Origin: Nitrospirota bacterium
GTDB lineage: Bacteria; Nitrospirota; UBA9217
Direction: 5' to 3'
Length of the DNA stretch: 64,000 nucleotides
NCBI GenBank assembly: GCA_963740085.1
Contig: CAVUCU010000005.1
Coordinates: 32,001 to 96,000, forward strand
In this document: positions 49,416-61,842 of the stretch, in pieces
Layout of the letters: every line of letters starts with the position of its first letter
Numbering within the stretch: the stretch's first letter is position 1
Program-made: the position numbers and the translations under genes
Notes under the pieces: generated by a model
Told to the model about the DNA's origin: nothing
What the model saw: the letters and a program-made list of their open reading frames with translations, nothing else
Databases searched by the model: none

Positions 49416-49495
49416 GTGTCCACTCCTGATGTAGAGAGTCTCGGGCCCGGAGTTTCAACTTGATTTCTCGTATCTACTCAGGTCAAAATCTAATA

Positions 49496-49586
49496 GCCGC
49501 GAAAGAACGCAAGGAACGCAGAATAAATTTAAACCGAAATTATGATTTTTGGCTTTTTCTTTGAGTTCTTTGTGTTCTTTTGCGGC
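49496..49586. repeat. 9-nt-period palindromic element (CGCAAAGAA type)
   Basis: gccgcgaaagaacgcaaggaacgcag ... ctttgagttctttgtgttcttttgcggc. Confidence 0.6.
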
Positions 49587-49619
49587 AAGCCTGAGCAGTT
49601 ACGACTTCTCATCCAAAAA

Positions 49620-50030
49620 CTATCCCATCGGGCCGCTGGATGCATTCATCCACTTCTCCAGCGCTTTCCGTATTTCTACGGCGAAGCGGTCCATATCGAC
49701 TGACTTGTGAAGAAAACCGCTGGCACCGGCATCAAAGCACGCTTCCCTGTCCGATTCCAGGTCTGAATGTGTCACCATGATCACCGGGATGCCGCGGAGA
49801 AGGTCGTCGCTTCGTATCGCCCGCAGGACGTCGAGACCGTCCCGTCCGTGCATTTTCAGGTCGAGAAGCACCAGTGACGGCAGCGGCGCCCCGCCCTTGA
49901 GAATCGCGAAACCCAGTTCGCCGCTGAGCGCGGATTCCGTCCTGATCTCCAACCCGAGCTTTGCAAGGACCATTTGCGTCAGAAGGATATCGTCTTCACA
50001 GTCATCGATGACAAGAAGCTTGTGTTCCAT
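49620..50030 (-). CDS. Single-domain response regulator
   Basis: LVIDD, LLDLKM, GLDVL, GASGFLHK. Confidence 0.88.
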   Translation of the reverse strand: MEHKLLVIDDCEDDILLTQMVLAKLGLEIRTESALSGELGFAILKGGAPLPSLVLLDLKMHGRDGLDVLRAIRSDDLLRGIPVIMVTHSDLESDREACFDAGASGFLHKSVDMDRFAVEIRKALEKWMNASSGPMG

Positions 50031-50118
50031 GGGTCTCCTGAGGGATAGGACTGATCAGCCCTGTTTCTCTCCAATCCTGATTCTCAGTCCTCCGTCCGTC
50101 TCTGCTCGGTCCTCTTCT

Positions 50119-52701
50119 TTACCCAAGCGTGAAGAAAAACACCGCCCCCTTTGCCACTGCCCCCTCCGCCCAGATGCGGCCGCCGTGGCGGTTGACGATG
50201 CGCTGCACCGTGGCCAGGCCGATGCCCAGGCCCGGAAATTCATCTGTCGTATGGAGCCGTTGGAAGGCGCTGAAGAGCTTGCCGGCATAGGTCATGTCAA
50301 AACCCGCGCCATTGTCCTTGATATAGAAAGTAGTCGTCGCGATCTCCGATTCAATTCCGCGTTCGGCGATCCCAAACTCGATCAAGGCTCCTTCGCGCTT
50401 GCCGGTAAACTTCCATGCATTGGAAAAAAGGTTCTCGATCACCACACGCAGCATGACCGGATCACCCTCGGTGATCACGCTTTCCGCGATGACGAACTGC
50501 GTGTCACGGCCGGGTTCGGACTTCTGAAGCTCATTGGCCGCGCTTCTCGCCAACGAACTCAGGTCCACCGGCGCGCGGTTGAGCCCGCCGCGTGTAAGGC
50601 GGGACAGGCTCAGCAATGCATCGATGAGCTGCGTCATGCGCCCGCTGGCGGCGCGCACACGCCGAAAATAATCTTTGCCGACGTCATCCAGCATTCCGAC
50701 ATGCTCTTCTGCGATCGCCCGGCTGAAGCCTTCGATGGTCCGAAGCGGCGCCCTCAGGTCGTGGGACACGGAGTAGGCGAAGGCCTCCAGCTCCTTGTTG
50801 GCCGCGCCGAGCTGGGCTGTGCGCTCGAGTACGCGCTGTTCGAGCTCTCTGTTCAGCTTTTTTATCTCTTCCTCCGCCCGCAGCCGGTTCTTCTCATTGG
50901 CCATGGAATCCAGTGCAAACGACACGTTGTCCGCCAGAGAGGAGAGGAGGCTTGTCTCCTCGTCGGTAAAGAACTGCGGCTTGTCCGAATAGAGGGTAAA
51001 GACGCCTATCACCTCTGACCCGGCGCGGAGGGGAAACGCGGCAGAAGAACGGAACCCATGCCGCATGGCCTTGTCGCGCCAGGGAAGCATGCGCGGATCA
51101 TGCTCTATATCGCTGCAGATGGAAAAGCGCCCTTCGGAAGCCGCCATGCCTGTGGGCCCTCTGCCTTCGGAGACGTCGTTGGAATATATTTTTATTTTTG
51201 CGAGGTAGCCATCTGCATCTCCGTAGCTGGCAACCGGTTTTACCATTTTTGTATCAGGGTCGGTATTGCCGATCCAGGCCATTTTAAATGAACCATCTTC
51301 AACGGCAATGCGACAAACCTGTTCATACAGTTTTTGAGGGTCATGGATGCGGACTATGGCTTCGTTCACCTTGCTGAGAATGGAATACAAACGGTTCAAC
51401 CTGAAGATCCTGTCCTCAGCCTTCAGGCGCTCGGAAACCTCAGCCTGCAACGTATTCACGGTCTTGGCCAGCTCCGCGGTCCTTTCACGGACCCGCACCT
51501 CAAGTTCGTCATGCACCTTTTGGAGCGCATCTTCCGCCTGCTTGCGCTCGGTGATGTCCTCAAAGACCGTCACGAAATACGGCTTCATCGGACTGTATGC
51601 CGAGACAAAAAACCACTTCTTGAGCGCCTCAGAGTACTGCTCGAATCGGATCTCCTTTCCTTCGAGCGCAACCCGTCCGTAGGTGCCTATCCAGTCGGCG
51701 GGGTCATTCTCGATCCCGGGCAATACTTCCCTCACCCCTTTGCCGGTGATATCTTCCCTCTTCAGCCCGGTATGCCTTTCAAAAGAGTTGTTCACTTCAA
51801 GAAAAATATAATCAACGGGCTTTCCCGTCTCGTCCACGACGATTTTGTGGATCGAGAACCCGTCGATCATGTTCTCGAACAGGGATCGGTACCGGGCCTC
51901 GCTCTCCCGAAGCGCCGATTCGCTCTGCTTCAGATTCCTGAACAGAAGGATCGAAGGTTCGACCACACCGGTAACGATGATGGCGCGATAAAGCAGATAA
52001 TAGGAGAGGAGCTCGAAGAAATGCCCCAGCTTATTTGCGAATCCATAAATGCTCACGTAGTGTGTGAATGAAAGCTCCGAAGCCACTGAGCTCAGAAGGG
52101 AGAGGGTCACCAGTCTCAATACACCGTGGTCAAAGAGATTGCGCTTTTGAAGCAAAAGGCTGAGCGATGCCAGGAAGATGAGACAGATGATGTATTCGCT
52201 GGCTATCTTGAACAACGTCAAACCTGCGCCTTCAACATAGCAGACAGGAAACCAGCGTAAAAAGACCGAAACGAGAATAAGAGCGGTAACGAAGAGGTAA
52301 GTCGAAAACATCCCGGTAGTATTCAGTTTTCTTTTAATGAAAAAAGGGGCAAAAAGAAAAGAAAGACTGAACAGATAACGGAACACGATCCAGAGCTGCG
52401 TCGCCAGATTTGCCCCGTACCCGGGGAACACACCGAGACCTTCATAGGCGAGCAAATGGGCCAGGTCGAGGGCGCCGGCGAACAGAGAGGCAATGCCGAT
52501 AAAAAGCAGATAGTGGTTGTCCAGAACTTGACGGGTATTCCAGGCAAGGACGAAGATAACGAAGGCCACGAGGACGCTGAATATCTCGACGAGACTGTGG
52601 AAGAGAAGATAACTGTACAGGCTGCTCGCGTACGTGACGAGCAGGACGCCGGCGCCGATAAAAATCGGAAGCAACTTTATGGAAGACCCGGAATTTTTCA
52701 C
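50119..52701 (-). CDS. Sensor histidine kinase (MASE3-PAS-GAF-HisKA-HATPase)
   Basis: YLLFHSLVE MASE3 start, SHDLRAPL, NAWKF, DNGAGF, FQRLH, GLGIGL. Confidence 0.92.
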   Translation of the reverse strand: MKNSGSSIKLLPIFIGAGVLLVTYASSLYSYLLFHSLVEIFSVLVAFVIFVLAWNTRQVLDNHYLLFIGIASLFAGALDLAHLLAYEGLGVFPGYGANLATQLWIVFRYLFSLSFLFAPFFIKRKLNTTGMFSTYLFVTALILVSVFLRWFPVCYVEGAGLTLFKIASEYIICLIFLASLSLLLQKRNLFDHGVLRLVTLSLLSSVASELSFTHYVSIYGFANKLGHFFELLSYYLLYRAIIVTGVVEPSILLFRNLKQSESALRESEARYRSLFENMIDGFSIHKIVVDETGKPVDYIFLEVNNSFERHTGLKREDITGKGVREVLPGIENDPADWIGTYGRVALEGKEIRFEQYSEALKKWFFVSAYSPMKPYFVTVFEDITERKQAEDALQKVHDELEVRVRERTAELAKTVNTLQAEVSERLKAEDRIFRLNRLYSILSKVNEAIVRIHDPQKLYEQVCRIAVEDGSFKMAWIGNTDPDTKMVKPVASYGDADGYLAKIKIYSNDVSEGRGPTGMAASEGRFSICSDIEHDPRMLPWRDKAMRHGFRSSAAFPLRAGSEVIGVFTLYSDKPQFFTDEETSLLSSLADNVSFALDSMANEKNRLRAEEEIKKLNRELEQRVLERTAQLGAANKELEAFAYSVSHDLRAPLRTIEGFSRAIAEEHVGMLDDVGKDYFRRVRAASGRMTQLIDALLSLSRLTRGGLNRAPVDLSSLARSAANELQKSEPGRDTQFVIAESVITEGDPVMLRVVIENLFSNAWKFTGKREGALIEFGIAERGIESEIATTTFYIKDNGAGFDMTYAGKLFSAFQRLHTTDEFPGLGIGLATVQRIVNRHGGRIWAEGAVAKGAVFFFTLG

Positions 52702-52912
52702 TGTCGTCTCATCGGATGCCGCTCAATTCGGGGGCGAAAAACCCGGTAAGCGATCTCAACCTGCCGTCACTCTGCCAAGTGCAAGTATAATGAATTCCGG
52801 GATGGTCTGCAATGACTTTAAGCGAAAATCGTCTTCCCCCGCGCAGATTTCAAAAAGCAATCTATCCGTTTCGGTACTGTCCCCAATGGCAGATCGATCA
52901 TCCGAGAAACTG

Positions 52913-53680
52913 CTATTCTTTTCTCCTGAACGACAACGCCGCAAGAGTGAGCATGACTATCGAGACTGCGGTTACGACGAAAAGGTCGAGCGGGAGAGCA
53001 AATTCCGGCCCGAGAGGAGGCGTTCCGTTCCGGAGCAGCACATGTTTGAACGCGTCGATGCCATAGGTGAGCGGGTTGATCAGGGTAAGATGCCGGAGCG
53101 CGGACGGCATGGAGGTGACCGGGTACATCGCGCCGGAAAGGAACAGCATCGGCATGACGAGGAAGTTCATGATGATATTGAACCCGTCAAAGGACGTGAG
53201 CCGTACCGCTATCAGGATCCCGAGCGAAGTGATGCAGAATGAGACGAGCAGGGCCACGGCAACGACCTCGATGAACTGCATGAAGGTGATATGAATGCCG
53301 AGGAATGGAATAAGGACCAGAATGATGACGGCCTGGGCGACCGAGATGAGGGTCCCCGAGATGGCCTTTCCGATGACGATCGAGAGCCGCGAGATGGGCG
53401 CGACGAGCATCTCCTTCATGAACCCGAACTCCCGGTCCCACACGATCGAGATGGACGAAAAGATCGATGAGAACAGGATGGTCATGCCGATCATGCCGGG
53501 GAAGATGAACTGGAGATAGGAAAAGCCGGCCTGAGGCCTGATGAGAGAGCCCATGCCGTTCCCGACCACGAACAGCCAGAGCACGGGCCGTGCAAGGGTG
53601 CCGAGGAGGCGGCTCTTTTCGCGGAAGAACTTTTTGAACTCCCGCAAACAGATGACGTATACCGGTCGCCCCTGGATCAT
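52913..53680 (-). CDS. ABC-2 exporter permease (DrrB-like)
   Basis: YLQFIFPG, DREFGFMKEMLVAP, LSGAMYP, NPLTY. Confidence 0.9.
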   Translation of the reverse strand: MIQGRPVYVICLREFKKFFREKSRLLGTLARPVLWLFVVGNGMGSLIRPQAGFSYLQFIFPGMIGMTILFSSIFSSISIVWDREFGFMKEMLVAPISRLSIVIGKAISGTLISVAQAVIILVLIPFLGIHITFMQFIEVVAVALLVSFCITSLGILIAVRLTSFDGFNIIMNFLVMPMLFLSGAMYPVTSMPSALRHLTLINPLTYGIDAFKHVLLRNGTPPLGPEFALPLDLFVVTAVSIVMLTLAALSFRRKE

Positions 53681-54661
53681 CGCTGCGCCCTCCGGTGGCT
53701 GCGCACGAATTCGCGGGTAACTTCCTTGTCGTCCTGAAGAACATCGTCCCTGATGGTCCTGCCGGTGAGCTTCAGAAACACATCATTCAGCGTCGGTTTC
53801 TTAAGACTGACGGATATGGTCTGCATGGGCAGGGAACTCAGCAGCTTCGGTATGAACTCGTCTCCCTTTTCCGCTTCGAGCGCCAGGCCGCCGTTCTCCT
53901 CGCGAGCGGTAATGTGAAAGATCTTCTGTATTTCGTTGATGGCCAGCCTGTTGTCAGCAGTCATGAGATGGATCACGTCGCCGTGCACCATCGCCTTGAG
54001 CCGGGCCGGTGTGTCCAGCGCGATGATCTTCCCGTGATCGATGATGGCGATGCGGTCGCAGTTCTCGGCCTCCTCCATATAGTGTGTGGTCATGAACACG
54101 GTGATCTTCTCTTTTTTCCTGAGCGTGTTGATGAAGTCCCAGATGATATTCCGCGTCTGCGGGTCGAGACCGATGGTCGGCTCGTCCAGGAACAGCACGC
54201 GGGGATAGTGAAGAAGTCCCCGGGCGATCTCGAGGCGGCGCTTCATTCCGCCGGAGAAGTTTTTGATGAGCTCGTGCTTTCTCGCTCTGAAGCTCCACAA
54301 CGCCGAGCATCTCGTCGATCCTCTTCTCGGTGAGCTTTCTGTCGAGGTTGTAGAGGTAGGCGTGGAACTTCAGGTTCTCGTAGGCGGTGAGGCCGGCGTC
54401 CAGCGTGGTGTCCTGAAAGATGAGGCCGATGGATGTCCTCACCCCGTCGGGATTTTTTGCGCAGTCATAGCCGGCGATCTCGCCTGTTCCGGATGAGGGA
54501 GAAAGCAGCGTACAGAGAATATTGATGGTCGTGGTCTTGCCTGCACCGTTCGGGCCGAGGAAACCGAAGACCTCGCCTTCGTTGACCGAGAACGAAATGC
54601 CGCCGACGGCAGTGAATGACTTGAATTGTTTTGAAAGGTTATTGACGGTAATGATGGACAT
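53677..54661 (-). CDS. ABC exporter ATPase (DrrA-like), one frameshift near 54285
   Basis: GPNGAGKTT in one frame; FSGGMKRR, LDEPT and TTHYMEE in the next. Confidence 0.88.
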
Positions 54662-54674
54662 AAAGAGAAATACC

Positions 54675-54770
54675 AATGTCTAAATTCTAAACAAAATTGA
54701 AACCCGAAACCGCAATGTTCAAAACAGCGTTGAATGAATTTAGGATCTCGATATTCGTATTTCGTGCTTG
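54675..54770. repeat. AT-rich periodic imperfect palindrome
   Basis: tctaaattctaaacaa ... tttaggatctcgatattcgtatttcg. Confidence 0.5.
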
Positions 54771-54778
54771 TTTTTAAC

Positions 54779-56401
54779 TTACCACTCCATCCTGTTCTTC
54801 GGCACGTACCATTCCCTGAAGTTATAGAAGATGCCGAGTGGTGCGACCTTGATTCCCTTGAACCTCTTGTGAACGATCGGCGTCGCGTCGGGCACATAAA
54901 GGAACGCATAGGGCTGTTCCTCGGCGAGGATCTCGTGGATGCGATAATAGATCTTTTTGCGCTTTTCCACCTTGAAGGTGCGGCGTCCTTCCACGAGCAA
55001 ACGGTCCACCTCGGCGTTCTTATAGCCGATGAAGTTGTATTCGCCTTTTCTGGTCTTGCTCGAATGCCAGATGTCGTAGAGGTCCGGGTCGCGGCTCATG
55101 CTCCAGCCGAGGATCATCGCGTCGAAGGACCTTTTGTCGATCTGGTCAAGGAACGCCTGCCATTCCATCACGCGGATATTGACCTCTATGCCCACGGCCT
55201 TCAGGTTCTGCTGGATGATCTCCGCGGTGCGGATGCGTTCGCTGTTCCCCTGGTTCGTCATGACCGTAAAGCGGAAGGGTCTGCCGTCTTTATCGAGAAT
55301 GCCGTCATTGTTCGCGTCCTTCCATCCCGCTTCGGCGAGCATCCGGCGCGCCCTCCCGGGATCGTAGTTATAGCTCTTGGCATTCGGGTTATAAGCCCAG
55401 GAAACATCGGAATAGGGACCGGTGCACGGCCTGCCGATGCCGAGGAGCACGCCGTCGATGATGCTTTCCCTGTTGATCGCATACGAGAGCGCCTGGCGAA
55501 CCGCAACTTCACTGAAAAGCGGGTTGTTAAGATTGTAGCCCATGTAGGTGTAGGCATTGGCCGGATAGCGGAACTTGCGGTAATTCTCCTTTATCCTGGG
55601 GGTCTCGCTCTTCCGCAGATACTGAAGCGGGTTCAGGCCCATCATGTCAACACCGCCGGAGAGCAGCTCCTGGAACATGGTGGAGCTGTCGGGGATGACA
55701 CGAAAGATGAACTGGTCTATATTCGGCCTGCCCTCGAAGTAATCGTCATTCGCCGCCAGCACGATCTTTTGCCCGGCGATCCATTCCTTGAACTTGTAGG
55801 GCCCGGTGCCAACGGGGTTCCGGTTGAAGGGGTCGGTGTTGATGTCCTTGCCTGCGAGGAGATGTTTCGGAAGAATGCCCATGCTCCAGCTCTCGAGCGC
55901 AGGGGAAAACGGCTCCTTATAGGTCACCCGAAAGATGTACTTTCCCTTGACCTCGGCCTTGCGTACGTCCATGTACGAGCTGCTGTAGGGCGTAGCCACC
56001 TTCGGGTCGATGAGCCTTTGATAGGTGAAGAGGCAATCCTCGGCCGTGAACTCCACGCCGTCGTGCCACCGCACCCCCTCGCGAAGATGAAAGGTGATGG
56101 TCTTGCCTCTGTTCGTGACCTCCCATTTTTCAGCAAGATCGCCGATGAGCCTGATGTCCTTGTCGTACTTCACCAGACCGTTGAAGAGCAGGTCATTGAT
56201 CGTGCCGGACGCCGCGTCATTCGCGATGACCGGGTTCAGCCGCCGCGCGTCGCCGATCGAACTCTCGACGAGGGTGTTCGGGTTCCGCTCGATCTTCTGA
56301 CTGCAGGAGGGAAGACCACAAAGAGACAATACAAGGATAAACTGCAACAACAGAGGACACGGAGAAAAGCATGCGTTGGATCTTGAGAGAAAAATCGCCA
56401 T
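54779..56401 (-). CDS. Peptide ABC transporter substrate-binding lipoprotein (family 5); start uncertain
   Basis: LNPVIA, GDLAEKW, LREGVRWHDG, PVGTGPYKF, VRQALSYAINR; lipobox-like LPSC. Confidence 0.9.
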   Translation of the reverse strand: MAIFLSRSNACFSPCPLLLQFILVLSLCGLPSCSQKIERNPNTLVESSIGDARRLNPVIANDAASGTINDLLFNGLVKYDKDIRLIGDLAEKWEVTNRGKTITFHLREGVRWHDGVEFTAEDCLFTYQRLIDPKVATPYSSSYMDVRKAEVKGKYIFRVTYKEPFSPALESWSMGILPKHLLAGKDINTDPFNRNPVGTGPYKFKEWIAGQKIVLAANDDYFEGRPNIDQFIFRVIPDSSTMFQELLSGGVDMMGLNPLQYLRKSETPRIKENYRKFRYPANAYTYMGYNLNNPLFSEVAVRQALSYAINRESIIDGVLLGIGRPCTGPYSDVSWAYNPNAKSYNYDPGRARRMLAEAGWKDANNDGILDKDGRPFRFTVMTNQGNSERIRTAEIIQQNLKAVGIEVNIRVMEWQAFLDQIDKRSFDAMILGWSMSRDPDLYDIWHSSKTRKGEYNFIGYKNAEVDRLLVEGRRTFKVEKRKKIYYRIHEILAEEQPYAFLYVPDATPIVHKRFKGIKVAPLGIFYNFREWYVPKNRMEW

Positions 56402-56472
56402 GATATTCTTTTTTCTCTGTGGTCTCTGTGGTGAAAAAAGGTTTTGCATCGTCGTAGACTTTGAAAAACAAA

Positions 56473-56493
56473 GGGGTAGGCAATGCCTACCCC
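56473..56493 (-). terminator. Intrinsic terminator after secG
   Basis: GGGGTAGGCA/TGCCTACCCC inverted repeat with an adjacent A-rich run. Confidence 0.7.
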
Positions 56494-56527
56494 GTGATAT
56501 GCAAATCAGTCGGAAATACGGACGCGC

Positions 56528-56854
56528 CTATTTTGCCGGCGTCGGCGCAGCCGGAACAGGCGGTGCGACCGGCATTAACGGCGCGGTCTGTGCCGGCTGC
56601 TTCACGCCCTCCATGATCGAGCTTCTCTTGGCCGTCGTAAACGCCAGGGTGAGCGAGGTAATCATGAAAATAATGGCCGCCCCTGCAGTGAGCTTGGACA
56701 GGAAGCTTTGCGCGCCCCGGGGGCCGAAGACGGTATTGGAAGCCCCGCCGAAGGCTGCCCCGATGTCGGCGCCCTTCCCCTTCTGCAACAGGACCATGGA
56801 TATTAAAATGGCCGAAACGATTACGTGAAGCGATACCAAAAATACTCGTAGCAT
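56528..56854 (-). CDS. secG: Preprotein translocase subunit SecG
   Basis: VLLQKGKGADIGAAFGG motif; downstream of tpiA. Confidence 0.93.
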   Translation of the reverse strand: MLRVFLVSLHVIVSAILISMVLLQKGKGADIGAAFGGASNTVFGPRGAQSFLSKLTAGAAIIFMITSLTLAFTTAKRSSIMEGVKQPAQTAPLMPVAPPVPAAPTPAK

Positions 56855-56876
56855 TACTACCTCCCTCGAAGTTCCA

Positions 56877-56975
56877 ATATCGAAATCCTAAATCCTGAAC
56901 AAAATCAAATGTTCAAAATGGTCAACTGAAATTTCCGTCATCCGAATTTGTTTGAAATCTCGACATTCGGATTTA
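56877..56975. repeat. AT-rich periodic imperfect palindrome between tpiA and secG
   Basis: aatatcgaaatcctaaatcctgaacaa ... ttgtttgaaatctcgacattcggattt. Confidence 0.55.
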
Positions 56976-56982
56976 ATGCTTG

Positions 56983-57744
56983 TTACTTAAAATTCACCAG
57001 CCCTGCGAACGACTCCGGTTTCAGGCTTGCGCCGCCCACGAGCGCGCCATCGATGTCCGGCTTGGCCATGAGCGTTGATACGTTCTCGGGCGTCACGCTG
57101 CCGCCGTACTGAATGCGGAGCGCGCCGGCGACATCAATGTTGTACATCGAGCTGATCTTCTGCCGGATGAAGGAATGGATATCGTTCGCCTGGTCCGGAG
57201 TGGCGGTCTTGCCGGTACCGATGGCCCAGACCGGTTCGTAGGCTATGACGATCTTCTGCATCTCGGCCGCAGCCACACCCTTGAGTGCGCCAACCACCTG
57301 GCGTTCGATCACCTCATTCGCCTTGCCGGCCTCACGCTCGCTCAGGAGTTCTCCCACGCAGACGATTGGCAGCAACCCCTTGTTCAGGGCCTGCCGGACC
57401 TTCTTGTTCACCGTCTCGTCCGTCTCGCCGAAGAACTGCCGACGTTCACTGTGGCCTATAATAACATACTTGCATCCCAAATCCAACAGCATTTCCGCGG
57501 ATATTTCCCCGGTAAACGCCCCCTTCTCCTCCCAGAACACGTCCTGGGCAGAGAGTGCCATATTCGTTCCTTTGATGGTCTCGGCAACCGCCGGGATCGA
57601 CGTGAACGGCGGGGCAAGCACGATATCCCGGTCTTGGACACCGGAAAGCAGCGGAATGAGCTTGCTCGCGAGATCGCGCGCCTCGGTCGAGGTCTTGTTC
57701 ATCTTCCAATTGCCTGCGATGATCGGTCTTCGTTTTGGATTCAT
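56983..57744 (-). CDS. tpiA: Triosephosphate isomerase
   Basis: AGNWKMNK, GHSERR, AYEPVWAIGTG, LVGGASL. Confidence 0.97.
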   Translation of the reverse strand: MNPKRRPIIAGNWKMNKTSTEARDLASKLIPLLSGVQDRDIVLAPPFTSIPAVAETIKGTNMALSAQDVFWEEKGAFTGEISAEMLLDLGCKYVIIGHSERRQFFGETDETVNKKVRQALNKGLLPIVCVGELLSEREAGKANEVIERQVVGALKGVAAAEMQKIVIAYEPVWAIGTGKTATPDQANDIHSFIRQKISSMYNIDVAGALRIQYGGSVTPENVSTLMAKPDIDGALVGGASLKPESFAGLVNFK

Positions 57745-57759
57745 GAGAAACCCCTTGTC

Positions 57760-57846
57760 TCTCGCAAAAGCGCAGAGGGCGCCGAGAACAGATTGAAGAC
57801 GTTCGTCTCGGGCTTAACTCTCCGCGATCCCAGCGCCTCCGCGAGA
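57760..57846. repeat. 9-nt-period palindromic element between pgk and tpiA
   Basis: tctcgcaaaagcgcagagggcgccgag ... ctccgcgatcccagcgcctccgcgaga. Confidence 0.6.
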
Positions 57847-57856
57847 AAATATTTTT

Positions 57857-59050
57857 TTACTCCTTGTCGTCCGTCAGGGCCGCGAGGCCCGGCAGCACCT
57901 TGCCCTCCAGCAGCTCAAGCGATGCGCCGCCTCCGGTGGAGATGAAGGTGATGCTGTCGGACACGCCTGCCTTGTGCACGGCCACATCGGTATCGCCGCC
58001 GCCCACGATGGTGGTCGCGTATGCGTCAGCGACCGAGCGCGCGATTGCGAAGGTGCCGCGCGAGTAAGCGTCCTTCTCGAACATGCCCATGGGGCCGTTC
58101 CAGATGATGGTCTTGGCGTCCTGGATCGCCTCTGCGAAGAGCCGGGTCGTTGCCGGGCCGATGTCAAGGCCCACCCATCCCTTGGGAATCTCCTGAGACG
58201 TCACGATCTTCGTCGCGGCCCCTTCTTCCACGCTCTCTGCGACAACAAAATCCACCGGCAGGTAGAATTTTACGCCCTTGTCACGAACGCCCTTTCTGAG
58301 GCGCTGTGCCATTTCGAGCATGTCGTCTTCGACGATAGAGTTGCCAACCTCCTGCCCCCGGGCCTTGCTGAAGGTAAACGCCATGGCGCCGCCTACGATG
58401 ATCTTGTCCGCCTTGTTCTGCAAATTTTCGATCACGCCGATCTTGCCAGAGACCTTTGCGCCTCCGAGGATGACCACAAAGGGCCGCACTGGATTGGCGA
58501 CGGTCTTCTGAAGATAATCGATCTCCTTCTTCATGAGAAAACCGGCCACTGATTGCTTTACAAACTTCGTAATCCCGTAGGTGGAGGCATGGGCGCGGTG
58601 GGCGGTGCCAAAGGCATCGTTCACGTAGACATCGGTGAATGCGGCGAGGGCCCTGGAAAATCCCTCGTCGTTCTTCTCTTCCTCGGGATGGAACCGTAGG
58701 TTCTCAAGCAGCAGCACGTCGCCGGGCCGCATGCCCTGGACCAGATGCTCCACATCGGGACCGATGCAGTCCTTGGCGAATTTCACTTCTTTATTCAAGA
58801 GCCGGTTCAGCCGCAGGGCGACCGGCGCAAGGCTGTATTTGGCGCCCGGCTTGCCCTTCGGCCGGCCGAGGTGCGAGGCGAGGATCACCTTGGCGCCGGC
58901 GTCGAGCGCGTAGTTGATCGTCGGCAGAGTCGAGCGGATCCTCGTATCATCCGTGATGTTTCCGTTCTCGTCGAGCGGCACGTTGAAGTCCGCGCGGATG
59001 AAAACTCTCTTGCCCTTCAGGTCGACCTTTTCGATGGTCTTTTTATCCAT
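57857..59050 (-). CDS. pgk: Phosphoglycerate kinase
   Basis: [50 protein letters not shown]. Confidence 0.97.
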   Translation of the reverse strand: MDKKTIEKVDLKGKRVFIRADFNVPLDENGNITDDTRIRSTLPTINYALDAGAKVILASHLGRPKGKPGAKYSLAPVALRLNRLLNKEVKFAKDCIGPDVEHLVQGMRPGDVLLLENLRFHPEEEKNDEGFSRALAAFTDVYVNDAFGTAHRAHASTYGITKFVKQSVAGFLMKKEIDYLQKTVANPVRPFVVILGGAKVSGKIGVIENLQNKADKIIVGGAMAFTFSKARGQEVGNSIVEDDMLEMAQRLRKGVRDKGVKFYLPVDFVVAESVEEGAATKIVTSQEIPKGWVGLDIGPATTRLFAEAIQDAKTIIWNGPMGMFEKDAYSRGTFAIARSVADAYATTIVGGGDTDVAVHKAGVSDSITFISTGGGASLELLEGKVLPGLAALTDDKE

Positions 59051-59077
59051 TTACTCGCTCCGATTGAAATAAAATTT

Positions 59078-59159
59078 TTTTGACACGGATCAAGGCGGAT
59101 TTGACGGCGGATAAAAATCAGGTTTAATCCGGGTTTAAATCCGCTTCTTCCGTGTCAAA
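59078..59159. repeat. CGGAT/ATCCG periodic palindrome between gap and pgk
   Basis: tttgacacggat ... tccgtgtcaaa with repeated CGGAT and TCCG units. Confidence 0.6.
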
Positions 59160-59163
59160 GAAT

Positions 59164-60330
<1,167 letters not shown>

Positions 60331-60333
<3 letters not shown>

Positions 60334-61657
60334 ATCTATCTTATGCATCACCAGCCCCGTCAGAAGCTTGGGATAAAAGTACGTGGCCTTCTGGGGCATG
60401 CGCTCGCCCGCCGTTGCCACATCCTTCACCTCCGTCACCTTCGTGGGGTTCATGAAAAAAACGATGTCTGCGATATTGTCATGGACCCGTCATGTCAGCC
60501 TCTTCAGCATCCTTGACATACTCTATGTTGAGGCCCAGCTTGTGGGTCTGCATTTTGATCCCGAGCAGCTTGTCGATGATCAGGTGATGCAGGATCGACA
60601 CATCGAGCCTCCGGTAGGCTTGCGACTTGCCGGGCAGCAGAACATCCATGTCTGCTTCGTTCCGCAAGGTCAGCACATAGTAGCTGTGCTCTCCCTTTAC
60701 CCTCATCCCGAACACGTGCGCATGGTCGGAACGGTGGGCCATGGTGTCCAGGACCGTCAGCAGATCCTTGGACTCGGACCTCTCGTCGAAATCAATGCGC
60801 TCAATATTGAAGTACTTGTTCAGGTCATCCTCGAACTTCTGTGCGTTGAAGTCCGTGAGGTTGAAGAGGGCACGGTGCGCCGGGAAAATGGTAAGCGCCG
60901 GATCTTCCAGCCGTGCCAGGAACATGGCGACATAATTGAAACCTTCTTCGCCCGTGAATGTGCCCGATGCCTGGCGTCGTTCATTTCTATAATTAAGGGC
61001 CGTATCGTACCGGTGATGGCCGTCGGCAATGAAAATGTACTTGTCCGCCAGCTCGCGGGTAATGGCGGCGATATCGATCTTCTCGTTCAAGGTCCATATG
61101 CGGTGGATCACGCCGTCGCTGTGCTTCACATCGATCTCTGGCGCGCGCGTGACCTTCGCAAGGATGCCTGCTACGTTCCCCGGGGGATCTGAAAAAAGAG
61201 AAAATATCTGGCTGAATGTCGCCTTGCAAGAGCGCAGCAGGTTCAGTCGGTCGGTCTTGGGTCCCGAGAGCGTCGTCTCGTGGGGCTTCACAATGCCCGA
61301 ATTGTAATCCTCGATCCTGACCAGGCAGATAATGCCGCGCAGTTTTTTAACGCCCTTGCCGGCCTCGTATTCCATTTCATAAACATAGAAGGCCGGTTCT
61401 CTGCTTTCTTGCAGAACCGTCGATCGAGACCAGTCTTCCAGAGCAGCAGCTGCCCGGAGATACCGATTGTCCTCGTCGCCGTCAGCGGGGCTCGTAAGCC
61501 CGTATTCGAGCCGGATCACGTTGTAGGGACTTTTTCGGTAAAGTTCCTGCTGTTCAGCCGGGGAGATGATATCATAAGGCGGACAGACGAGAGTTTCAAT
61601 CGCGCCAGCCTTGCTCTGATTATATATAATGCCCCGGAAGGGCGCTATTTTCGCCAT
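60331..61657 (-). CDS. DUF1015 family protein, frameshift near 60485
   Basis: [23 protein letters not shown]; C-terminal [17 protein letters not shown] in the next frame. Confidence 0.88.
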
Positions 61658-61842
61658 TGAGGATGTCCTTACAACCAATTCCAGCTGGAAATATACCTCA
61701 AAAGACTTCTTTTATATCACACCGTCTGTTTTAATGTCAATACCTTTTGCAGGACGAATGGCAGAACCCTGCGCAATTGCAGGAAAAAGTAAATGTTTTC
61801 CGTACCGTTTGCCTGTTTCGGTCCTCTTAGCGTCAGCTTGTA